Source of the DNA: Candidatus Bathyarchaeia archaeon
GTDB lineage: Archaea > Thermoproteota > Bathyarchaeia > Bathyarchaeales > Bathycorpusculaceae
Direction of reading: 5' to 3'
Length of the DNA stretch: 64,000 nucleotides
Assembly: GCA_038882655.1 (NCBI GenBank)
Contig: JAVZNT010000001.1
Location: forward strand, 1 to 64,000
Below the pieces are notes generated by a model. It saw only the letters and a list, made by a program, of their open reading frames with translations, was not told where the DNA came from and made no database searches. The position numbers and the translations under genes were made by a program. How positions within the stretch are numbered: position 1 is the first letter of the stretch; each line of letters opens with the position of its first letter. Of this stretch, positions 19,686-28,967 are shown one piece after another.

Positions 19686-21786
19686 TTGAAAGGAAAATTG
19701 AGAAAACTTGTTGGATTTTTAATTGCAGCGGCAATGCTGATGGCATTTATGCCAAATTTAGCATATGCGTCAAGTGGACTTGAAATGGAGACAAGTCACG
19801 AATAGCTTACTGGAGATCGCAGTTATTCGATGGCGAGTGCCGTTGGTGGTGTTGATGGAGATGGTGCAACCGAGATTGTTACTGCTGGGTACTTTTACAA
19901 CTCCACATACGATATATTCGAAGGTGAAGTAAACATTTGGCACTGGAACGGTACAAGCCTGGTTGAGAAACATAAAAAAATTATCGACCCAACATATACA
20001 TTGTCATCTGACACACGATTTTATTCCGTGGCATTAGGAAATGTCGACAATGAACCAGATACAGAAATTGTGGTAGCCGGGTACGGAAACATCTTGGGCA
20101 TCATGGAACAAGGATTGTTAATTGTTTTAGGGTGGAATGGAACAAGTCTTGAAAATAAAACGAGAATCCCTGGGTACTGGCCCCTCGAGATTGAGAAAAC
20201 AGAATTTTTCGATGTTGCAATAGGTGATGTGGACAAAGACGACACGGTGGAGATAATTGCGGTGGGTTACAGAAACACCACTTCATCCTTTCATGGAGTG
20301 ATAACGATATGGAATATTACTGAAACAGAATTTACCCTTGAAACAAGTGCAGAGTTGCGTATCAGCGGCGACACTGAGTGGCATTCGGTGGCGGTAGACG
20401 ATGTGGACGGAGACGGGGACATGGAGATAGTTATTACGGGTTATTTCTTTGACAAAAACCTTGGACATGAGTGTGCTATGCTTAGGATTTGCACATGGGT
20501 CGGTTCAACCCTTAACTGGGAGGCGGAAAATCGATGGTACACATATCGGCACACTTACGCTTTTGACGTGGCAGTTAGTGACATAGATGCTGATGGAAAC
20601 AAAGAAATCGTTACAATTGGGCGTCAATTTAACGGCGAAACCTATTATGTCCAACTAAGGATGGTCTTGGGATGGCTACACATTAACTTTGAGACTAAGT
20701 GCAGAAAGCGGTTCTGTAGGAACGTCCCCATCTTATTCTGGCAAAAAATTAGCCATAAACGACATAGATGGTGACGGTAGAAATGAGATAGTCATTGGTG
20801 TTGATGTTTCAATATTTTTCTTCTCTTCTACGCCTATTATTAGAATTCTTTCTTGGGACGGAAGAACATTAGCCACAAGAGACTCCAAAGAGTGGACAAA
20901 CGCAACAAACATTGAAGATATATCCATAGGCGATGTAGACGCTGATGGAACCATCGAGATAGTAACCGTAGGCTATTCTTGGTCCATCATGATGCCGACA
21001 CCCACACAATCCGAATTGGCAATATGGAGCGTCAGCAAAGTTGCAAGCTCAATCACTGTAAGTGTTAGTTCACCGAGCATAGTGATAGGCAGCCAAGTGA
21101 TAATAAGAGGCAGAGTGACGGATGAAACAAGCGACAACCCAATACCAAACGTGGAAGTGACTATAGAATTTTCACGGGAACCCCTACCAGTTTTAACAAT
21201 AGGCAAAGTTGTAACAAACGAAAATGGAGAATACACGTTCACATGGATGCCGGAGAACATTGGAAACTATATGATTCGCGTAAGCTGGAAAGGTAACTAT
21301 GAGCACGGGGCTGCAGCCGCAACCACCACATTAACTGTCGAAAAGGCTTCAAGCATTATAGTCTTAGCGCTATCAAGCTACACAGTAAACGTTGGAGACA
21401 ACATAACCATAAACGGCATTTTATACCCGGCCAAAACAGCAACAATAATGCTACAATATACAAGTCCAAACGGCTCCATAAGCACAAAGACGGTTAACTC
21501 AAACAGTGCCGGAATGTTCAGCGATACGTTCACCGCAGACCAAGCTGGAGAGTGGCAGATAAAGGCTATGTGGAATGGTGACGAGAAGCATAAATCAGCC
21601 GAAAGTACTACAATAATGCTAACTGCACAACAGCCTGACACGACAACACCAATACTTACCATAGGCGGCCTAATACTTGGCATAATTGCACTCATACTAG
21701 CGGCAGTATCGCTTCTAAAGCGTTCAAAAAAGCCGGAGGCCGCTCCACCATCACAAACACAACCGCAACGAAAAGAAGTTTCTTAG
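19686..21786 (+). pseudogene. Secreted FG-GAP/VCBS-repeat + Ig-like surface protein disrupted by an in-frame TAG (19803) and a frameshift (about 20661)
   Basis: Signal peptide MKGKLRKLVGFLIAAAMLMAF is in frame with ORF 19830 across the TAG. DVDGDGxxEIV repeats continue in ORF 20689, and LR-[I]-WSWDG is restored by adding 2 nt. C-terminal TM. Confidence 0.75.
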
Positions 21787-21803
21787 CGTTCCCTTCTTTC
21801 TTT

Positions 21804-23063
21804 TTATCCTACAAGTTTGACAATAGCATCCGCTTTCATTTCATCTTCAGCCAAATATGCCACTATTTCTCTGTCTAGGTCAAGCCATTTCGCGATTCCA
21901 GCAGCCATTTCCACATTGTTTTTAAAGATTATCCGCAGGTATGGAAGAACCTCCTTTGAGGCTCTTGTGGCTGATATGTGGCACTTGCGCTTAATTTTTC
22001 GGCCTATCTCCAACTGCATTGCGCGTTCCTCCTTAGACCTTGATAATGCTTGTATCCGCTCTGGAAAGCGGAACGGCGTCCAACCAGAAGTTTTTGTGTT
22101 AACCCTTGCCATGGCAACGCCAGCAGTCATAAAGTCGATTACGTAGCGCACAAAACTCCAGTCTTGTGTGGTTCGTATTCTTCCACGGTAAACGTCAGCC
22201 ATTGAAAGGGCATCCATAGCGGCTGCCAAGTCATGAGGGTCTGTTAGGTGGGCTGGAACATTCTCGTATATCCATTCAAAAAGCATGTCGATGTCCACGT
22301 CAGCCATGTTAACGGCTCGTTTAGCTCCTTCGCACGTCTTCCCGTACAAAATCATTCGCAAAACTGTGAATATTGTTTCTTGTCTGTCTCGGAAGCCCAG
22401 CCATGCCACATCTTCATATGCGAGGCGTTTCTTGCCCTGCGCCAAAGCTTGGAGGTCTGTTACAGCGGAGCGGATGTCGCCTTCTGAGCGTTGAGCTATA
22501 AACTTTAAGGCGTTTTCTTCTGCGTCTATGCCCTCTTTTAGGCATATAACCTTCAAATGCTTTAAAACATCAGTTACTGGAGGCTTTTTAAACTCTATTA
22601 GGAGACAGTAGTTGCGAAGATTAGCGAACCGTGGGTCAAAAGCGTTGTTAGCAATAAGCACTATCGGGCATTGAGCCGTTTTTATTATGTCTGTTATGGC
22701 TTTAACTCCGCCCTTGTCCGCTGTTCCAGTCAAACCGTCCAACTCGTCGAATAAGATTATCCTTCTCGTGCCGAATAATGAGCCATATTGGGATGCGAGT
22801 CCAGCAAAGCGTTTAACGGCTTCCTCTGTTCTGTAGTCGCTGGCATTTTTCTCCACCAACTCCATTCTAAAATCATTTGCCAAAGACTCCACTGTAACTG
22901 TTTTTCCAACACCTGGCGGACCATAAAGAAAGGCTGCCCTCTTTTTCGGTATTCTCTCATCCCAAGATTTTACCCATTCAATAAACTTTTGTATAGCATC
23001 CCGATTTCCAACAACCTCTTTCAAACATTTCGGCTTGTACTTGACAGCCCACGGCTGGTACAC
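21804..23063 (-). CDS. rfcL: Replication factor C large subunit
   Basis: PWAVKYKP, GPPGVGKT, NASD, FDELD, GDIRSA; tandem with rfcS. Confidence 0.95.
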   Translation of the reverse strand: MYQPWAVKYKPKCLKEVVGNRDAIQKFIEWVKSWDERIPKKRAAFLYGPPGVGKTVTVESLANDFRMELVEKNASDYRTEEAVKRFAGLASQYGSLFGTRRIILFDELDGLTGTADKGGVKAITDIIKTAQCPIVLIANNAFDPRFANLRNYCLLIEFKKPPVTDVLKHLKVICLKEGIDAEENALKFIAQRSEGDIRSAVTDLQALAQGKKRLAYEDVAWLGFRDRQETIFTVLRMILYGKTCEGAKRAVNMADVDIDMLFEWIYENVPAHLTDPHDLAAAMDALSMADVYRGRIRTTQDWSFVRYVIDFMTAGVAMARVNTKTSGWTPFRFPERIQALSRSKEERAMQLEIGRKIKRKCHISATRASKEVLPYLRIIFKNNVEMAAGIAKWLDLDREIVAYLAEDEMKADAIVKLVG

Positions 23064-23066
23064 ATT

Positions 23067-24044
23067 TTACACCTTTCTAGCACCCTTAATTTCGTAGGCT
23101 GCCTCAACAAGTCTGGCTAGCAGTGCGCTTAATTGGACTTCTTCATCTGCACCCTCAACAAGTCTATAATCAATTTCTCCCACAATGTCTGCCAATTTTA
23201 TTCTCCATGGTTCTGGGATATCTGCTCTAAAAATTTCCGTGTGAATTTGGCGGATTATGTCGCTTCCAGCCACACCATATTTCTGAATCATTTCACGGAG
23301 CTGCTTTCGTGCCTCGAGGAAGTTGCCCTTCATGGCTGTTTCAATCATCCTTTGCACGTCTGCTGGGTTGGCTCTTCCAGCGATTGAATAAACAATTTTG
23401 GCGTCGACTGGTTTGCCCAGCGAGGCGGCAGCTTGCAACGTGTTAATTGCCTTTCGCAAGTCTCCACCACAAACCTCGTAGATGGCGTCCAAACCATCGT
23501 TTAGAAGCTTCACACTTTCGTTTTCGGCTATGTACCGCAAATACTTATCGTGTTCCTCTCGCGGTAGGTATGTGAAGCGGAAGGGTGCACAACGCGACTG
23601 TATGGGCTCTATTATTTTTCCGCTGTAGTTGGCGCACAATATGAAACGGCATGTTTCCGTATACCGCTCCATAGTCCGCCTTAAAGCCTGCTGGGCATCA
23701 GCAGTCATGTTGTCCGCCTCATCCAAAATCATTATTTTGAAGGGAACCTCACCAATGGAACGCACCCTCGCGAAAGTCTTGACGGTTTCCCGCACAACAT
23801 CTATGCCCCTCTCGTCGCTGGCGTTCAACTCCATAATATATTCGCGATAGGATTCGCCGTAAAGATCCATAGCTAAACAAAGAGCCGCCGTGGTTTTCCC
23901 AGTACCGGGCGGTCCAGCAAAGATGCAGTGGGGCACATTCTTGGCTTTAACAAAACTTTTAAGGCGTTCCACTATCTCCTTCTGGTTCACCATATCATCC
24001 AAGGTTTTTGGTCTGTACTTTTCAGCCCACATCTCAAAACTCAA
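23067..24044 (-). CDS. rfcS: Replication factor C small subunit
   Basis: WAEKYRP, GPPGTGKT, LNASDERG, LDEAD, IQSRC. Start probably TTG 24044 after GGAGG. Confidence 0.96.
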   Translation of the reverse strand: MSFEMWAEKYRPKTLDDMVNQKEIVERLKSFVKAKNVPHCIFAGPPGTGKTTAALCLAMDLYGESYREYIMELNASDERGIDVVRETVKTFARVRSIGEVPFKIMILDEADNMTADAQQALRRTMERYTETCRFILCANYSGKIIEPIQSRCAPFRFTYLPREEHDKYLRYIAENESVKLLNDGLDAIYEVCGGDLRKAINTLQAAASLGKPVDAKIVYSIAGRANPADVQRMIETAMKGNFLEARKQLREMIQKYGVAGSDIIRQIHTEIFRADIPEPWRIKLADIVGEIDYRLVEGADEEVQLSALLARLVEAAYEIKGARKV

Positions 24045-24125
24045 TTGGAGAGCCTCCTGCCATTTCATAAATAGGGAACAGTTAATAAATACTTGTTTGG
24101 TTTTTCCGAAAGCCTATTCTTGAGT

Positions 24126-26069
24126 TTAGGCTTTTTCTTCTCTCTCTAGGAATCCTGTTAAAAATATTGCGTACTCGCATGGATGCTCGTTTTGTAGAAG
24201 GGACTTTATGATTTTTATTTTCCCTTTCTTTCCATGGCTTACCCGTGAGATTATGTATTCGATTGTTTTTTTGCGGAGGCTGCAGAGCCACGTTTTTTGT
24301 CCTGTTTTTACAAGTTTGTAGTATGGGCAGCTTTTGTACTTGAGAGTGAAGCCTCCCTCAAAATACTCTATTTCAACTTCTACGCTAAGTTCTCTATACA
24401 TATCCGTAATTCTTTCACCCACCTCCCTTATCGTCCATGGATAGTCCTCTGGGAATAGCTCGTCAAGTTGTTCTTTTTCTACAGCGAATGCTTCCTCCAC
24501 AGAGTTGCATGACATGCCCTCGATCAATGTTTGCATAAGCTTTTTCCGTGGCAGCGGCTCAAGCATTGGCTTTTCTAACATCTTTAGTTTGAAGCTGAGG
24601 AGATTTTGGAAAGCTGTTGTCGTGATTTCATAGCCCAGTTCTCTGAACATGGATTCTATTAGAACTCTTTGACTGTTCATCACGAGAGGGTCTATACGCT
24701 TGAAAATTATGGTAAAGTGTTCATCATCTACAAAGCGAACCTCAGCGTCTGGCTGGGTTGCATTAATATTTTTGAGGATGAAATTCTTTGCAAGCCTCCT
24801 AATCTTTTCAGGGTCATTTCTTGCTAACATGCGGATGGCATTAGATATGCGCGTCCCAGTTGCACGATATATCTCCTCAAACTTCCGCTTATCACTTTCA
24901 TAGACTTTTAAAGCGAAAGAGTTGAAAAGGTCGCGCGGAATAGGAATAACATCCAAGAATTGTTTGCCTATAACTTGGAAAAGGCTTAACTCGGCTAACT
25001 GGTCTTGAAGACTTTGGTCTTCCGCCCCCACATATTGAATTGTCATGTTGACTGTTGCGTGTTCTGTTGAATAGTTTAGTGTCTTCCACCCTCGAGTTGC
25101 CAACATAACTGATAAGGCCGCCACAGACATTCGTGTTATTGAAGCTGATGCGGCTTGGAAAACAAGCTCCAAGACGTTTTCATCTTTCTCAATTATAACC
25201 TTTGCCTGCCTAAACCAGTTCATTTTAACAAATGCTGATAATAATGCCTTTACAAAATCTTTTGGTTCCTTTGGGAACTCGTCTATTCCTAAAACGATCC
25301 TTGCATCCTCTATGAGGGTGCCCAAGTCTGATATTGGCTCTTCTAAGTGTTTTTCCGCCCAGCTCATGAAAGCTGGTCCAACAAGCATTAGGGTGCTCTT
25401 GAAAAGCCCGGGAGTGACGTTTGCTAGTTCCTTCTCAATTTGTTGTTCAAGGAATTCTCCGAACTCTTTCCTCCTTAAGGGGTAGACTTCTGGACGCACC
25501 ATTTTTACGGCTATATCTTCACCCATGACACGAATATCGAAGTAGACTCCAATGCCTTCCAATATCGTGGCAACGTAAAAGGCGGTTATTATAGGTAAAT
25601 GCTTGAAAACTTTTGGTCTTAAAATCGCTATGTTGTCAATCTCGCTGTATGATGGTATTTCATACATGTTTGTGAGATTTCTAATTTCCTCTAGGACGAT
25701 GAGGAATTCTTTGAAGTTTGATGGAGGCTTCCAGCTGATGGAACTTTTAAGGATTTCTATTGTGTTTTTTGCTTCTGTTTTTTGCTCTTTAATGAAATCC
25801 TCGATTGTTTTGTTTCCTATAGCTATCTCTAAGAGGCTGTCTAGATTTCTTCTGCTAATTGAGGCTAGGTCAAGGGCTTCCCTAAGTTTAGTCTGCTCGT
25901 TTATTTTGGCCTTTATGGCGCAATCGTCGCATGAACCAACCTTATCCACCCTAAGTAGGGTTTCTAGGGCTTTTTCGAGGACGCGACTTTTTGTGCCATA
26001 TGTCTTTGCCAGTTCTTCAAGTATGTCGTTTGCCTTTCTTGTTATTGTGGTGTGTAAGTGAACTGACAT
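24126..26069 (-). CDS. Putative regulator: N-terminal ribbon-helix-helix plus about four V4R/MetOD-like domains
   Basis: VHLHTTI-TRKANDILEELAK-GTKSRVLEKALETLL (beta-alpha-alpha), CDDC, repeated units, C-terminal YKSCPY..LC..HPCEY. Confidence 0.6.
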   Translation of the reverse strand: MSVHLHTTITRKANDILEELAKTYGTKSRVLEKALETLLRVDKVGSCDDCAIKAKINEQTKLREALDLASISRRNLDSLLEIAIGNKTIEDFIKEQKTEAKNTIEILKSSISWKPPSNFKEFLIVLEEIRNLTNMYEIPSYSEIDNIAILRPKVFKHLPIITAFYVATILEGIGVYFDIRVMGEDIAVKMVRPEVYPLRRKEFGEFLEQQIEKELANVTPGLFKSTLMLVGPAFMSWAEKHLEEPISDLGTLIEDARIVLGIDEFPKEPKDFVKALLSAFVKMNWFRQAKVIIEKDENVLELVFQAASASITRMSVAALSVMLATRGWKTLNYSTEHATVNMTIQYVGAEDQSLQDQLAELSLFQVIGKQFLDVIPIPRDLFNSFALKVYESDKRKFEEIYRATGTRISNAIRMLARNDPEKIRRLAKNFILKNINATQPDAEVRFVDDEHFTIIFKRIDPLVMNSQRVLIESMFRELGYEITTTAFQNLLSFKLKMLEKPMLEPLPRKKLMQTLIEGMSCNSVEEAFAVEKEQLDELFPEDYPWTIREVGERITDMYRELSVEVEIEYFEGGFTLKYKSCPYYKLVKTGQKTWLCSLRKKTIEYIISRVSHGKKGKIKIIKSLLQNEHPCEYAIFLTGFLEREEKA

Positions 26070-26111
26070 TATGCTTCACGTGTCTTACTATTTTAAAGGC
26101 TGCTTTTAAAC

Positions 26112-26147
26112 ATGTTCACGTTTTTCTGAAAATGTACATATGAACAC
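26112..26147. promoter_or_regulatory. TGT(A/T)CA boxes upstream of the RHH/V4R gene
   Basis: ATGTTCA 26112, ATGTACAT 26132, TGAACA 26141. Confidence 0.45.
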
Positions 26148-26164
26148 ATAAAAAATGGAGGGAG

Positions 26165-27943
26165 CTATCTTCGTGCCAGCAAAGATTCAATCGGTGCAAG
26201 TCTTGTTCCCTTTCTTGTCGTAAGGGCGTCGGCGACTCTTTTAACAGCCAACATGTAGGCGGCTACGCGCATGTTTACATTATACTGTTTGGAAAGCTCT
26301 AGCACATCATGGAAAGCTTTTGTTACTGTTTCTTTTAGTTTGTTCCGCACTTCCTCCTCTGTCCAATAGTAGTTCATCTGGTTCTGCACCTGCTCAAAGT
26401 AACTGACAATAACGCCACCAGAATTCGCCAGAATGTCTGGTATGACAAAAACTCCTTTTTTGAAGAGAATTTCGTCGGCTTCTGGGGTTGTTGGTCCGTT
26501 AGCTCCTTCCGCCACAATTTTTGCCTTTATATTGTTGGCGTTTGTTTTTGTTATTTGGTTCTCTAATGCTGCCGGCACAAGAATGTCACACTCTAGTTCT
26601 AATAGTTGCTCGTTTGTTATGAATGTAGTTTCAGGATAATCAACCACCGAGCCTGTTCTGTTTTTGTGCTCCAGCACTTTTTCTGGGTCTAGTCCGTTGG
26701 GGTTGTATATTCCGCCTTTTGAGTCTGAAACTGCTACGATTTTGCATCCAACTTCATGTAGTAGGCGTGCTGCGTGATATCCAACATTTCCGTAGCCCTG
26801 CACAGCTACTGTTGCGCCTTTAAGGTTTATTCCTAGATATTTGGCTGCCTCTATCACCGTGTACATTAAGCCTCTTGAAGTTGCCTCGCTTCTTCCACGG
26901 GAACCACCAACACCGACGGGTTTGCCTGTTACGACTCCAAAGGCTGGATAGCCAACAATTTCGCTGTATTCATCCATTATCCAGGCCATTGTCTGCGCGT
27001 CTGTGTAGACGTCCGGCGCCGGCACATCGATGTATGGACCTATAAATTTCGCAATAGCCCTCACATATCCCCTTGTTAGGCGTTCCAATTCAGCCTTAGA
27101 CATTTCTTTAGGATTGCATCTGATTCCACCTTTTCCGCCTCCTAGCGGTAGTCCTACAACCGCTGTTTTCCACGTCATCCATGCCGCCAGCGCCGTAACC
27201 TCGTCTAATGTCAGCTCCGGGTGGTATCGGATGCCGCCCTTAGTTGGACCTAACACATCATTATACTGTACACGGTAACCCGTGAAAACTTGAATGCTTC
27301 CGTCGTCCATAACCACTGGAATATTAACTATTAGGGTGCGCATAGGACGCTTCAAAATTTCGTGGATGCCGTGGTCAAGTTTCAGTTTTTCAGCGGCGAT
27401 GTCCAACTGTTTAAGGGCGGCTTCATAAGGGTTTGGCGTAACAGCTAATGGTGCCAAAGTGTCTATTTTAACAAATACGGCTGTTTGGAGTTTCTCGACA
27501 AGATTTGTTAGGATTTGCCTTGCCACTTCGCCATTTCCCTCTTTGCTTCCGTAAAACCACATGTAGGTTTCAGCAACAGCATCTTCCTTCCTTGAAAACA
27601 TTGAACCGGCAGGCGCCATTTTCGGGTTTTCGGAGAAATAGTCCACGAGGATTCGCAGCATGTTTAACTCTTCGGCGGTTAACGGCAGAAGCTTTCTTAT
27701 GGGCTCTGGCGCCTTAACATGGACATATTCAGCTTCCGTGATCTTCTTTTGGAGTTCTTCAAAAACTTTTAGAGAGTCTTCGATCGGTATCCCAAAGTTT
27801 TCTGAATATGTCGTTAGAAGGGCATAGTGAGCGGTTGTATAACTTTCTATCTTTGCGGTTAGTTCAGGCTTTTCAGCGAAGAAGTCTACCATTAACTTAA
27901 GCATTCCCAACTCTCTAGCAGAGAATTCCACAGAGTTTAGCAT
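26165..27943 (-). CDS. Glutamate dehydrogenase with 170-aa N-terminal tandem-repeat extension
   Basis: [51 protein letters not shown]. Confidence 0.92.
   Translation of the reverse strand: MLNSVEFSARELGMLKLMVDFFAEKPELTAKIESYTTAHYALLTTYSENFGIPIEDSLKVFEELQKKITEAEYVHVKAPEPIRKLLPLTAEELNMLRILVDYFSENPKMAPAGSMFSRKEDAVAETYMWFYGSKEGNGEVARQILTNLVEKLQTAVFVKIDTLAPLAVTPNPYEAALKQLDIAAEKLKLDHGIHEILKRPMRTLIVNIPVVMDDGSIQVFTGYRVQYNDVLGPTKGGIRYHPELTLDEVTALAAWMTWKTAVVGLPLGGGKGGIRCNPKEMSKAELERLTRGYVRAIAKFIGPYIDVPAPDVYTDAQTMAWIMDEYSEIVGYPAFGVVTGKPVGVGGSRGRSEATSRGLMYTVIEAAKYLGINLKGATVAVQGYGNVGYHAARLLHEVGCKIVAVSDSKGGIYNPNGLDPEKVLEHKNRTGSVVDYPETTFITNEQLLELECDILVPAALENQITKTNANNIKAKIVAEGANGPTTPEADEILFKKGVFVIPDILANSGGVIVSYFEQVQNQMNYYWTEEEVRNKLKETVTKAFHDVLELSKQYNVNMRVAAYMLAVKRVADALTTRKGTRLAPIESLLARR
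26475..26572. repeat. 98-bp tract identical (inverted) to 31529-31626
   Basis: Base-by-base comparison of the two gdh genes. Confidence 0.9.
26973..27028. repeat. 56-bp tract identical (inverted) to 31073-31128
   Basis: GATGTGCCGGCGCC...TGGATAATGGA is present in both gdh genes. Confidence 0.9.
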
Positions 27944-27985
27944 TTATTTTTCACCTCTTCCTGTTCTAGAGCCTTAAATAAAACT

Positions 27986-28032
27986 ATGTTCAACTATAGA
28001 AACATTATGTTCATAATGTACAAAGCTGTACA
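27986..28032. promoter_or_regulatory. Array of four TGT(A/T)CA boxes in the divergent gdh/kaiC-like promoter
   Basis: ATGTTCA 27986, ATGTTCA 28007, ATGTACA 28016, CTGTACA 28026. Confidence 0.55.
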
Positions 28033-28104
28033 ACATTAAAACATCCGAAACAACGACACAACATTTTTAATGACGCATGTAAACCATACATTCGGTGTAC
28101 CTCA

Positions 28105-28857
28105 TTGTCAAACAACCTTAGCGAAAAGCAAGCCTTCTACTCAACAGGAGTTAAAGGACTTGACAAGCTCCTCGATGGCGGATTATTATTAGGTGAGAAT
28201 GTTTTATGGGAGGTCGAATCTGGAACATTTGCAAGGGAATTTTTATACTCCTTTATGCGACAAGGCATAAATGAAGGAAAACAGGTCATATATTTGGAAT
28301 TTATCTATCCTCCTCAAGCAATCATGCTCCAATTGGAACCCCTAACCAAAACCTTGCCAGACGGCTGGGAAAAGAAACTCCTAGTGTTAGATTGTTTTTC
28401 AGAAGCCGCAGGGCAAGGCGAGTTGATATTTAACGATTTTTATGATAAAGCCCCAAGCTGGATAAGAAAAGTTCCAAGCTCAAAAGACCCAGAACGTTTC
28501 CATCACTTCTTCGGAAGAATTGAAAGAGAATTTGTTATGCCTGGAACAAGACTTGTTTTCAACAGTTTATCAATAATGGAACACAATTGGGGAAGGGATG
28601 CTGCTAAAGTCTTCTTTGGACATGTTTGTCCAGCACTATATGCTTACCAAACTCTCGCCTACTGGACTATGGCTAAAAATGCTCATCCCAAAGAGTTCTG
28701 CGCCTTAATAGAACACATGACACAAGTGGTTATAGACCTCACTAGGCAGGAGAATAAGAACTTCTTATGGATTAAGAAGGCTGGCGGAAGATATAACCCC
28801 CAGACCTACACGCGGCGGGAATACTCCGTTGATGGACTGAATATAGAAATTCTCTAG
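28105..28857 (+). CDS. KaiC/RAD55-like RecA-fold protein with degenerate Walker A
   Basis: STGVKGLDKLLDGG start, G..VIY, LLVLDCF, LVFNSL, EHMTQVVIDL; P-loop reads VESGTFAREF. Confidence 0.8.
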   Translation: MSNNLSEKQAFYSTGVKGLDKLLDGGLLLGENVLWEVESGTFAREFLYSFMRQGINEGKQVIYLEFIYPPQAIMLQLEPLTKTLPDGWEKKLLVLDCFSEAAGQGELIFNDFYDKAPSWIRKVPSSKDPERFHHFFGRIEREFVMPGTRLVFNSLSIMEHNWGRDAAKVFFGHVCPALYAYQTLAYWTMAKNAHPKEFCALIEHMTQVVIDLTRQENKNFLWIKKAGGRYNPQTYTRREYSVDGLNIEIL

Positions 28858-28865
28858 GCTTTTCG

Positions 28866-28882
28866 ATGTACAAGAATGTTCA
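28866..28882. promoter_or_regulatory. Two TGT(A/T)CA boxes 10 bp apart upstream of the glutamate-synthase-like gene
   Basis: ATGTACA 28866, ATGTTCA 28876; TATA-like TTTAAA about 25 nt downstream. Confidence 0.5.
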
Positions 28883-28967
28883 TTTTTTGTTGTTTTTAGG
28901 ATAACCTTTAAATGCGGACAAAATTTTAACCATCCTACGCGGTTTACAAACGTAAAGGTGAAAGAAA

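Noticed and set aside
19803-19805. Pyrrolysine or stop-codon recoding at the in-frame TAG
   Set aside because: The same gene also has a frameshift, many genes in the window end at TAG normally, and no pyl genes are visible.
27986-28070. CRISPR-like or replication-origin repeats
   Set aside because: Repeats are only 6-7 bp with no spacers, no ORB-like G-string and no cas or cdc6 gene; treated as operator boxes instead.
28105-28857. Circadian clock KaiC
   Set aside because: Single domain, dead Walker motifs, no kaiA or kaiB.
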